Made by a program: the position numbers and the translations under genes. This document shows, piece after piece, positions 20,076 to 28,325 of a DNA stretch of 64,000 bases. Numbering within the stretch: position 1 is the stretch's first letter; every line of letters begins with the position of its first letter. Under the pieces are notes generated by a model. That model saw nothing but the letters and a program-made list of their open reading frames with translations. It was not told the origin of the DNA and ran no database searches. The stretch is from positions 1-64,000 of the forward strand of contig CAVQRZ010000012.1 in the NCBI GenBank assembly GCA_963715335.1, read 5' to 3'. The DNA is from an uncultured delta proteobacterium. GTDB lineage: Bacteria; Desulfobacterota; Desulfuromonadia; Desulfuromonadales; BM103.

Positions 20076-20131
20076 ATAATTTATAAATTATAAATTAGGC
20101 TTACTATCATCATTTTTTTAATGCGTGTCAA
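20076..20131 (-). promoter_or_regulatory. sigma70 promoter of the TRAP operon plus putative GntR operator (copy 2)
   Basis: TTGACA (20131-20126)-17 nt-GATAGT (20108-20103), immediately followed by the 22-bp box at 20076-20097. Confidence 0.72.
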
Positions 20132-20299
20132 GAAAAAAAATGCTCTAGAATTATTGTTGAATTTAGCTATTTGAAAGCGCTCAGGGAACAACGTGTTTTT
20201 TCGTTTGGAATTCGGGGGACACCCCATTTAACTTACCTCAGGCAAATACATTGTAGATAGAGCGGCAATCTCCGGTCCGCCACTGACTCCACCACACAC

Positions 20300-20328
20300 G
20301 GCTCATCCTTCGGGATGGGCCTTTTTTT
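20300..20328 (+). terminator. UUCG-tetraloop hairpin with U-tract
   Basis: GGCTCATCC-TTCG-GGATGGGCC-TTTTTTT. Confidence 0.65.
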
Positions 20329-20350
20329 ATTTCCAGAAAGGAGAAACATC

Positions 20351-20671
20351 ATGATCCGACTACTGTCCACCGACCAAGCCCTGAGTCTCAAGGGCAAAAT
20401 CCCCGAGTTGGCCATCCTGAGATCCATTCAATTCCAAGGCGAAGGCTATGACCCCGACATCCACGGGGTCATTCTGGTCTTGGAGCCTGGAGACAACCCC
20501 TGCCTTATACCCGAGATAGGCCCTGAAGGGTTACTTGATAAGGCTGGCCTGCCCTGCTGGGAATTCGCTGAGTGTTTCATTGAGGAAGATGGAAGCCTGG
20601 CCTTCGAAGTCGTCGTTGTCATCTCGAATGACAAAGTGGTGGAGAGCGATCTTCCCAAGGTCGCTCTTTAA
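20351..20671 (+). CDS. Hypothetical protein, possibly a C-terminally truncated mobile-element gene
   Basis: RBS AAGGAG then ATG 20351; 106 aa, acidic; locally higher GC than the rest of the cargo. Confidence 0.55.
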   Translation: MIRLLSTDQALSLKGKIPELAILRSIQFQGEGYDPDIHGVILVLEPGDNPCLIPEIGPEGLLDKAGLPCWEFAECFIEEDGSLAFEVVVVISNDKVVESDLPKVAL

Positions 20672-20887
20672 TTTCTTATAAGTCCTCCTACATTGTTCTA
20701 AGTCACTCAGATTGGTTCAAATACGAAATTCCTACTAATCCTGATTTTTAGGATTCAATTGTAAAATCATTTTTTGCAAATTCTTGCAGTCCAAAACTTT
20801 GAGTTTTTTAAACAGTGGATTCCAAGTAGGCGATTAACTCTCAAAACCTCTCCTTCCTGACCCGGAGTTACGGTTGTCATTTTAGAA

Positions 20888-21009
20888 CAAGGGGATGGGT
20901 TTCAGACAATAATCGGTGGATGGCTTTCAGCAATTCCAGGTGGAAGGGTTTTGTAATCAGTGGATGGATTCTTTTGATAACAGGTGGATGGGATTGATCA
21001 TAATAAGCA
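20888..21009 (-). repeat. Right end of element: terminal IR plus tandem repeats
   Basis: Reverse-complement units AATCCCATCCACCTGTTAT / GAATCCATCCACTGATT / AAAACCCTTCCACCTGG / GAAAGCCATCCACCGATTAT / GAAACCCATCCCCTTG. Confidence 0.85.
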
Positions 21010-21087
21010 GGTTATAGGACCGATTTATTTGTTTGGCATCGTTTAATATGGCACAATTCAGGGAATACTGACCCGTGAAGAACTGGA

Positions 21088-22209
21088 GTGGCCGTGTCTG
21101 ATTTCAGAGAACAGCTTAGCAGCGCAATCGTTGAATTGCCCAAGGTCGCTTTCAGGCGCATGATCGGCGTCGTGCGATTGCTCGACAAGCTGAGCCGCAA
21201 TCCCGAATACCGTGAGCAGGTTTACGCAAAGGTCCCGGACGTCGCCCGCTTTGATCCGGGACACGATGCGGTCATGATGTGCTACGATTTTCATCTTGAC
21301 GGAGAAATGCCGCGGCTGATTGAAGTCAACACCAATGCCGGCGGTGGCATGCTGGCCTACCTGGCGCAGGCCCCTCCCCTGCCCGTCGATCACAAATCCC
21401 TCCCGGCAAGGCTCAGAGAGCGTCTGCTGCGGACCTTCTCGGATGAAATAAAAAAACATTCGGCAGGGGTGAAACTGAAGCCGGAACGGATTGCGATCAT
21501 CGACGAGAATCCGGCCGAACAGTATCTCTATCCTGAGATGGTGGCCTTTGCCGACCTGTTCAGGGCCTGGGGGGTGCCGACAGAGATCGTCGAACCGCTC
21601 CGGTTGCACGCTGCCGCCGATGGCGTCAGGCTCGATGGTCGGCCCGTCGACCTGGTCTATAATCGGCATTGCGATTTTTACCTGGCAAGCGACGAGATGG
21701 CCGGGCTGCGGCAAGCCTACCTGGCCCACAAGCTTTGCCTGACTCCCAACCCGCACATGTACGGCCTGCTTGCCGACAAGCGGCGGATGCTCCTTTGGGC
21801 CGATCACGCACAACATGCCCTGTGGCGCATCTCCGACAAGGAGAGCAGCCTGCTCGACCAGGTGCTGCCCGCAACCTCATTGCTTGCCGAACTCGACCCG
21901 CAGCAGGCATGGTCCGACCGGAAACAGCTCGTGTTCAAACCTGTGGACGGCTTCGGCAGCAGGGGCGTGCTGGTCGGCGAGAAAATCTCCCGCAAGCGGT
22001 TTGATCAGCTCCCGGCAACAGACACCCTGGCCCAGGAGCTGGTTCCGCCGAGCCTGACCGAGGTCGTTGAGCAGGGCGCTATGAAAACCGACCTGCGCGT
22101 GTACGCATATCGCAACCGGGTGCTCGGTGTGACCGCCCGCCTGTACCGTGGGCAGGTCACGAACATGCGCACCCCAGGCGGTGGTTTCGCCCGGGTCCGA
22201 ATCGTTTGA
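21088..22209 (+). CDS. ATP-grasp-type ligase-like protein (glutathionylspermidine synthase / circularly permuted ATP-grasp-like)
   Basis: YDFHL...PRLIEVNTNAGG, VDLVYNR, LADKR, VFKPVDGFGSRGV, AQELV, KTDLRVY, NMRTPGGG; GTG start. Confidence 0.7.
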   Translation: MAVSDFREQLSSAIVELPKVAFRRMIGVVRLLDKLSRNPEYREQVYAKVPDVARFDPGHDAVMMCYDFHLDGEMPRLIEVNTNAGGGMLAYLAQAPPLPVDHKSLPARLRERLLRTFSDEIKKHSAGVKLKPERIAIIDENPAEQYLYPEMVAFADLFRAWGVPTEIVEPLRLHAAADGVRLDGRPVDLVYNRHCDFYLASDEMAGLRQAYLAHKLCLTPNPHMYGLLADKRRMLLWADHAQHALWRISDKESSLLDQVLPATSLLAELDPQQAWSDRKQLVFKPVDGFGSRGVLVGEKISRKRFDQLPATDTLAQELVPPSLTEVVEQGAMKTDLRVYAYRNRVLGVTARLYRGQVTNMRTPGGGFARVRIV

Positions 22210-22316
22210 CCCTATCCTTCCCTATTGATAGGGGGATTTAGGCCCCTTGAAAAGCTGCAAAGCAAGGACCAATTCCACTTCTTGACTCCTAGGTGACGGA
22301 ATAGGTAATATTTAGC

Positions 22317-22393
22317 TGAGGCAAGGTGGTGAACTTGCCGCAACGTCAACCAGCCCCACAGTCTCTCCCCCTCCTAGACTGTGGGGCTTTTTT
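22317..22393 (+). ncRNA. Candidate small RNA (about 75-80 nt)
   Basis: Upstream TTGACT-18 nt-TAATAT; hairpin GGCAAG/CTTGCC; 13-bp perfect terminator stem AGCCCCACAGTCT/AGACTGTGGGGCT with loop CTCCCCCTCCT and a U-tract. Confidence 0.5.
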
Positions 22394-22473
22394 ATTTAAT
22401 GTCAGAGTTTTCTCGGAATGGTCAAAAGGGTCACATTTCAGACATGATACAATCGACACGAGTCCCCTGATCT

Positions 22474-22501
22474 TTGACGTTGCAGCATCATCCGCTATAA
22501 T
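22474..22501 (+). promoter_or_regulatory. sigma70 promoter of glnA
   Basis: TTGACG-16 nt-TATAAT. Confidence 0.7.
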
Positions 22502-22641
22502 GGCGAGGGTTTCAATTACCTGGTGAATAAGACGACGGGACCAGCCTCCTTTGGGTGCCGCATCACCCTCGGAAAGGCGGTGATCCCGAGGGCGATTGCC
22601 GCATACAATATGAAGACATTGACTGAATCGAGGAGTAATTT

Positions 22642-23970
22642 ATGACGCGTGAAGAAATAATGGCAATTGTCGAGGAAAAGAATGTCAATTTTTTCCGGTT
22701 GCAGTTTGTTGATATTTTCGGGTTCATGAAGAATATTGCTATCCCCCGAAGCCAGATCAAAAAAGCTCTCGACGGTCAGATGATGTTCGATGGATCGTCT
22801 ATTGACGGCTTCGTTCGCATCAACGAATCGGACATGTACCTGAAGCCTGACTATGACACGTTTTTGGTTTTGCCCTGGAGAGTTCGCAACGACGTGAATG
22901 CAGCGCGCATTATCTGTGACGTTTACAAAGCGGACGGAACACCTTTTAGTGGTTGTCCCCGCGTCAACCTGAAAAGGGTTCTGGCAGAGGCCAAGGATCT
23001 TGGCTACACCATGAACGTCGGAACCGAATGTGAATTTTTCCTGTTCCAGGAAGACGCGCAGGGTAAACTTAAAACGGAGACCGGCGACGTCGCCGGTTAC
23101 TTCGATGTCGATCCCGAGGACAAGGGAATCAACTGTCGTCGAGAGATTATAGAGACTCTGGAATCGATGGGTTTTGAAGTAGAGGCCTCCCACCACGAGG
23201 TGGCAGTTGGTCAGCATGAAATCAATTTCAAGTATGCCGACGCCCTGGCCGCCGCCGACAACACGGTCACCTTCAAATGGGTTGTACGCTCAATCGCCGC
23301 AAAGCACGGCTTGCACGCCACATTTATGCCGAAGCCGGTCTTTGGCATAAACGGGTCCGGCATGCATACAAACCAGTCATTGTTCAATCTGGACGGGACG
23401 AATGCTTTTTTTGATGAAAACGGCCCCCTGAAACTCAGCGAAACAGCCTATCACTACATCGCCGGGATCATGAAAAATGCTCGTGGCTTTACAGCGGTGA
23501 CCAACCCTTTGGTCAATTCATACAAACGTCTCGTGCCCGGTTATGAGGCCCCGGTCTACGTTGCCTGGTCTGCTTCAAATCGTTCAGCCCTGGTCAGAAT
23601 CCCTGCCTCCCGCGGTCTCAGCACAAGAACCGAGGTCCGCTGTCCGGACCCGGCCTGCAATCCTTACCTCGCTCTTGCGATGATGCTCAGCTCCGGTCTG
23701 GATGGGGTGAAGAACAAGCTGGAAGCGCCACCATCGGTCAATGTGGATATTTTCGAGATGACCCTGGCGGAAAAGGATGCCGCCGGCATTGACAGCTTGC
23801 CGGGGAGCCTTGAAGAGGCGATCCTGGCACTGCAAGAAAACCCGATTGCCAAGGAAGCGCTGGGTGGGCATATCTTGGAAAAATATATCGATGGCAAAAC
23901 AAGGGAGTGGGATTCATATCGAACCTGGGTCACGGACTGGGAAACCAAAACATATATAAAAAATTACTAA
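22642..23970 (+). CDS. glnA: Glutamine synthetase type I (GSI-alpha-like)
   Basis: [75 protein letters not shown]; 442 aa; RBS GAGGAG. Confidence 0.96.
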   Translation: MTREEIMAIVEEKNVNFFRLQFVDIFGFMKNIAIPRSQIKKALDGQMMFDGSSIDGFVRINESDMYLKPDYDTFLVLPWRVRNDVNAARIICDVYKADGTPFSGCPRVNLKRVLAEAKDLGYTMNVGTECEFFLFQEDAQGKLKTETGDVAGYFDVDPEDKGINCRREIIETLESMGFEVEASHHEVAVGQHEINFKYADALAAADNTVTFKWVVRSIAAKHGLHATFMPKPVFGINGSGMHTNQSLFNLDGTNAFFDENGPLKLSETAYHYIAGIMKNARGFTAVTNPLVNSYKRLVPGYEAPVYVAWSASNRSALVRIPASRGLSTRTEVRCPDPACNPYLALAMMLSSGLDGVKNKLEAPPSVNVDIFEMTLAEKDAAGIDSLPGSLEEAILALQENPIAKEALGGHILEKYIDGKTREWDSYRTWVTDWETKTYIKNY

Positions 23971-24147
23971 AGGATACGTTGAATCACCCGGTATCGTGCT
24001 GGTCAATCGTGAACAATCAAAGCAGTTGTGCTTAATAGCCAATCAGCCAGAAAGCGAAAACGGAGCTGCCGGTTGTACGGCCCCGACACATGATTTCCGG
24101 TGGCTTGCCCACCAAGGGGATCGGGGCATAGGGTAAACCGTTATTCT

Positions 24148-24315
24148 ATGAGACTTCTTGCAATATTTTTTATTGTTTCGGCTTTTGTGTATTACGTGAC
24201 CGGCAGGTCTCGAAAATATTCACGCCGGCAGAGATTTGTATTTGCGTTGACTACGTACGTGGCATTGTATGCTGTTTTGCTTGCAACGATATTATTGTCC
24301 GGGAACACGCCTTAA
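24148..24315 (+). CDS. Small two-TM hypothetical protein (55 aa)
   Basis: MRLLAIFFIVSAFVYYV...FVFALTTYVALYAVLLATILL; no clear RBS. Confidence 0.4.
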   Translation: MRLLAIFFIVSAFVYYVTGRSRKYSRRQRFVFALTTYVALYAVLLATILLSGNTP

Positions 24316-24459
24316 AGAATCCTGGCCATTCTGGTGAATCACTACGTGGTGAGATGTATGGGCTATGGCGTTACCGGGTTGGACTGGGGGCATTCTCAAC
24401 ACTAGATGACAAACATCCGTATTTTTTTGGCTTTTCACGCCGAGCTCTTGGCGCTTCGA

Positions 24460-26442
24460 TCATTTAAACATCTTCTTGAACAGACTCTTCTTCTGCAGCT
24501 CCTGCTGATCTTTCATGGTGCGCAAGCCCCGGCGTGCTATCGACAGGCGAGCATCAAGTTTCAGGGCCTTGTTGAATTCCGCTTCGGCCATCGCTTCCTG
24601 CCCTGATTCGAAAAGCATCCACCCCTTGTAGGCAAAGGCCTGGGCCGTCCGCTCCATGGTAATCGATTTGTTGAGCATCTTCTTCGCCTTGTTCATCATT
24701 GCCTGGCTGTCGGAGTATTTCGGGTTGCGGTAAATCGACCAGGCCAGGTTTGCCAGGTAATCGCCGTTGTCCGGCTCTGCGTTGACAGCATCCTGCAAGG
24801 CTTTTTCAGCGTTGTCCCATTCTTCCATTTCAAGGAAGACTTTGCCCGATTCGGCCTGAACCTGGGCCTGGAAGCGTTCGTCGCCTTTCTGCCCAAGACC
24901 AACCTTGTCGGCACCGAGCATCTCGTCGTAACGCTCTTTTTTGACGACATCGGAGAGTGTATCGTACGCCGTGGCGACCCTGGAAAGGATGCCTTCAACC
25001 ATGGCGGCTTCTTCGCCGCCGAGCTGCATGAGGACCTCCGGGCCAAACTTTCGTGTGATCGCGAAGTAGCGCTCTTTGAGGCGATCTATGGAAAATTTCC
25101 CCTGTTTGATACCGAATACCTCGTAATGGCTCTGGTTCTCCAGGCTCCTTGCAATCAGGCGGATCTCCTGGGCATGGTCCTCCTGGGTGGCTTTCGTCCC
25201 GTTCGATTCTGCCAAACCCGGTTGGACCATCGTTGTATCCACCTGGGCGGCAACGTCGCCGTCATCGCCAACAAGATCGGAGAAACTCTCAAGGATCTCC
25301 TCAGCGTCAACTTCGACTTCTTCCTCAACAACATTGAAGAGGGTGCGCAACGGCAGGTTCTCCGGGTCAGCGGAAACAGCAGGTTCGGCAGAGAAACGCG
25401 CCATGTTGAGGTTTGTCAGAGTCAGCAACAACGGGCTGCAGTCAAATTCATCGGTAACCAGGTCAGCCAGCTTATGCTGGCCGTCAATGCGCTGCACGAA
25501 ATATTTTTCCTTCTCATTCAGGCGCAGAAAATTAATGTGCCTGTAGTAGTTCCTGTCGAGGATGGCGTACTTGTCGCTGAAGGTCTGCAGCAGTCGGGAG
25601 CCATCCTGCCCGGCGTGTTTGTGGAAACCTTCATAGAAGAGTTGCGGGACATTGAGCGTGATCAATTGCAAAAGCTCCGGAGCCGGAATGACTTTCCATG
25701 CCGCCCGGGCTGGACCACCGGCAAAGGCACAGACCAGTTCCTGACTGAGGTAGTCTATTTCGGCCTGCAGCAGGTCGTTGTATTGCAGGCAGCCGATCTG
25801 CACCAGGCTGTCATGGCGATACGCTGCCGTGGTCACGAAGTAGTGATATTCATCGGCAGTGATCTGGCCGCGAAGGCAGAGGAAGTCGCCGAAGTCGCGG
25901 CTTTTGTAGCCGGGTCGAAGGGCGACCGGGGCACCGTTGATAAAAGTCAGCATGCGCACGGTGTCCGGATATTGAAGTGTCAGCAAACCTGAGAAGGGCT
26001 TCAGGAAGGCAGTGCGCAGATGTTGCGCGAAAGGTCTTGGTTCCCCCTGTGTGGCTGGTGAAACCGATCTTTCCGGGGTGAGCTCCTGGTCGATGGCACT
26101 GAGGAGGACAGAAGCCTTGAGGGGTTTTTCCAGATAGTGCCGAACCCCGAGGGCTTCGGCCGCCGTGTGGTATTTCTCCCCCTTGTAGAACCCGGTCAGG
26201 ACGATCACCGGAAGATCTGCGGCGCGCTGGCTCTGCCGGAGTTTCTTGATCAGTTCAGTGCCGTGCAGACCGGGCAGCTTGAGCTCGAGCAGCAAAAGGT
26301 CGGGGGGCTCTGCCGCGATAGCCCTGAGTGCGGAGACACCATCGCTCACATGGTCGACCACGAACCCCTGCTGTCTGAGCCGGCCGGCAATTGCCGCAGC
26401 AAGGGGCTGGTTTTCCTCCGCCAGCAATATTCGTTTTGCCAT
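24460..26442 (-). CDS. Receiver - central domain - J-like domain - TPR protein
   Basis: N-terminal REC fold (PPDLLLLELKLPG, YLEKP), J-like segment HYEVFGI...AYDTLSD..KKERYD, C-terminal TPR helices. Confidence 0.82.
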   Translation of the reverse strand: MAKRILLAEENQPLAAAIAGRLRQQGFVVDHVSDGVSALRAIAAEPPDLLLLELKLPGLHGTELIKKLRQSQRAADLPVIVLTGFYKGEKYHTAAEALGVRHYLEKPLKASVLLSAIDQELTPERSVSPATQGEPRPFAQHLRTAFLKPFSGLLTLQYPDTVRMLTFINGAPVALRPGYKSRDFGDFLCLRGQITADEYHYFVTTAAYRHDSLVQIGCLQYNDLLQAEIDYLSQELVCAFAGGPARAAWKVIPAPELLQLITLNVPQLFYEGFHKHAGQDGSRLLQTFSDKYAILDRNYYRHINFLRLNEKEKYFVQRIDGQHKLADLVTDEFDCSPLLLTLTNLNMARFSAEPAVSADPENLPLRTLFNVVEEEVEVDAEEILESFSDLVGDDGDVAAQVDTTMVQPGLAESNGTKATQEDHAQEIRLIARSLENQSHYEVFGIKQGKFSIDRLKERYFAITRKFGPEVLMQLGGEEAAMVEGILSRVATAYDTLSDVVKKERYDEMLGADKVGLGQKGDERFQAQVQAESGKVFLEMEEWDNAEKALQDAVNAEPDNGDYLANLAWSIYRNPKYSDSQAMMNKAKKMLNKSITMERTAQAFAYKGWMLFESGQEAMAEAEFNKALKLDARLSIARRGLRTMKDQQELQKKSLFKKMFK

Positions 26443-26462
26443 GCTCTTGCGGTCCTTGTTTG

Positions 26463-27467
26463 TCAGCGTCTGAGCTGATAGCGGCGCACCGCCCGGTTGT
26501 GTTCTTGCAGCGTCGCAGTGAATTCGTGAGTCCCGTCACCCCGTGCCACGAAAAAGAGATCTCCGGTGTCGGCCGGGTTGGCTGCGGCATGCAGGGCAGA
26601 CTGTCCCGGGCTGGCAATGGGGCCGGGCGGCAGGTCTCTTTTCAAGTAGGTGTTGTAGGGGGTCGGCGTCTTAAGGTGTTTACGGGTGAGGTTGCCATCA
26701 AAATCAGCAATCCCGTAGATCACTGTCGGGTCCGCCTGCAAAGCAATGCCGCGCTTGAGGCGATTATGGAACACAGCCGAAATCAGCGGCATCTCCGTGG
26801 CATTGCCGGCCTCCTTCTGGATAATCGATGCCAGGGTCAGCAGTTTGTGCCGGTCCATGCCCAGAGCCTCGGCGCTGGCCAGGATCGACGCGGAAAGATG
26901 TTGATCGAGCTGATCGGTCATGGAGCGTAATATCTGCCGCGCAGTCGTCGAAGTGGTGTAGCTGTAGGTCTCCGGAAAGAGGTAGCCTTCAAGAGAGTCG
27001 GCCTCAACACCCAGTTCCTTGATGAATCCGCTGTCGTAGCAAAGCGTGAGAAAGTCATTCTCTGAACCGATCCCGGTCTTGGCCAGACGTGCGGCAATGT
27101 CCTTCAGGTTGAACCCTTCAGGAATTGTGACCCGGTACAGGCGAATGTCGCCGGCAACCAGGCGGTCGAGGACCTCGCCGGGTCGGGCTTTAGATTCGAA
27201 GAGATATTCTCCGGCGTGGATCTGCGCGGTGGCGTCACGCCAGCGGGCCAACCAGGTGAAACGGGTCGCATCGCTGATGATATCGGCTTCTGCAAGCTGA
27301 TTGGCAATCCGGGTGAATGAACTGCCGGCCTTGATTTCGATAACCCGTGGCCCGGGAGGAGTCACTGTGGTTGCAACAAAACTCTCCATCCAGAATCCGA
27401 CGCAGAAGACCGGAATAACGATCAGGGCAAAGGCGGTCAGGATCAGGGTTCGGGTGCGTAGGGTCAT
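26463..27467 (-). CDS. mltG: Endolytic transglycosylase MltG
   Basis: AGEY, VTIPEG, LEGYLFPETY, LASIIQKE, LQADPTVIYG, PYNTY...LPPGPIASPG. Confidence 0.95.
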   Translation of the reverse strand: MTLRTRTLILTAFALIVIPVFCVGFWMESFVATTVTPPGPRVIEIKAGSSFTRIANQLAEADIISDATRFTWLARWRDATAQIHAGEYLFESKARPGEVLDRLVAGDIRLYRVTIPEGFNLKDIAARLAKTGIGSENDFLTLCYDSGFIKELGVEADSLEGYLFPETYSYTTSTTARQILRSMTDQLDQHLSASILASAEALGMDRHKLLTLASIIQKEAGNATEMPLISAVFHNRLKRGIALQADPTVIYGIADFDGNLTRKHLKTPTPYNTYLKRDLPPGPIASPGQSALHAAANPADTGDLFFVARGDGTHEFTATLQEHNRAVRRYQLRR

Positions 27468-27553
27468 GCAAAGGGGCTCCAGTCGGGTTGCCAAACAGGC
27501 ACCACGCCATTGTTGGAGGGTTGAGGGGAAAAGTCAAGACTATGACTGGAGGC

Positions 27554-28150
27554 TCAAGCTTTAAAACGGTCTTCCGCGCCGTCCAGTAACCGCTTGATGT
27601 TGCTGCGGTGACGCCAGATGATCAGCGTGGCGATAAACAGGGTGGCCAGGAAGATCGGCTGCGGTTCGTTGAGCATCAGGACCAACAGGGGGGCCGACAT
27701 GGCCGCCAGGACCGAGGCGAGAGAAACGAAGCGGGTGGTGGCGACCGTGATGCCGAAGACGATTGCCGCACCGAGCACGGCTATCGGGGAGATGACCAGG
27801 AAGATGCCAAGGGCCGTGGCGATCCCTTTGCCACCCCTGAACTTAAGGTAGACCGGGTAGCAGTGGCCGACAATCGCCATGGCGCAGGCGATGCCGAGCT
27901 GGATCGAGGTCGGAGCCAGCCAGGTCTTGCATGCCAGCAGCGGCAGAAACCCCTTCAGGATGTCGCCGGCCAAGGTCAGGATGCCGGGCAGTTTGCCAGC
28001 AACCCGGTAAACGTTGGTCGCGCCGATGTTGCCGCTGCCCTTGCCGCGCACGTCCTCATAGCCCATGACCTTGGCCAGGACAATACCGGTCGGTATGGCG
28101 GCGATCAGGTAGATGGAGGCCAATACAACAATGAAAAGCAGTGTGTTCAT
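27554..28150 (-). CDS. plsY: Glycerol-3-phosphate acyltransferase PlsY
   Basis: GSGNIGATNVYR, DILKG, GHCYPV..F.GGKGIAT, RHRSNIKRL. Confidence 0.96.
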   Translation of the reverse strand: MNTLLFIVVLASIYLIAAIPTGIVLAKVMGYEDVRGKGSGNIGATNVYRVAGKLPGILTLAGDILKGFLPLLACKTWLAPTSIQLGIACAMAIVGHCYPVYLKFRGGKGIATALGIFLVISPIAVLGAAIVFGITVATTRFVSLASVLAAMSAPLLVLMLNEPQPIFLATLFIATLIIWRHRSNIKRLLDGAEDRFKA

Positions 28151-28156
28151 CAGTGC

Positions 28157-28300
28157 TCAGACCCCCGGGTTGGTAACCACGACAAAGCCGTCGCCTCGTA
28201 TCTGATAAAAAATGCTGTCAAACCGGTAGTATGTCTGTCCCTTGGCTTGAACCGCCACGGCATATTCCGGGATGGTCGGCACCATACAGTTGGTTGACGC
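28157..28300 (-). pseudogene. Probable gene fragment (C-terminal beta-rich repeat, DUF6515-like)
   Basis: VPTIPEYAVAVQAKGQTYYRFDSIFYQIRGDGFVVVTNPG* looks protein-like but has no good start or RBS. Confidence 0.35.
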
Positions 28301-28325
28301 AAAGGTTATGAGGGTTGCCGGGAAC

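Larger units (their letters stand above)
9155..21009. mobile_element. Non-autonomous IS21-like cargo transposon (11,855 bp)
   Basis: TG...CA termini; 38-bp terminal IRs match at 32/38 positions (TGCTTATTATCATCCAACCCCACCACCTGTTATGAAAA vs reverse complement TGCTTATTATGATCAATCCCATCCACCTGTTATCAAAA); about 5 subterminal ~22-24-bp repeats with a CCACC core at each end; direct repeat GGTTATA at 9148-9154 and 21010-21016; visibly AT-rich interior; no transposase ORF. Confidence 0.88.

Noticed and set aside
20672..20887. Remnant istA/istB inside the element ends (also checked 9277-9550)
   Set aside because: Only a 25-codon ORF after a GGAGAGG sequence, with no recognisable IstA or IstB motif; cannot support a transposase pseudogene.
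22398..22450. GlnR/TnrA box upstream of glnA
   Set aside because: TGTCA and GACA half-sites are present but spacing does not fit TGTNA-N7-TNACA.
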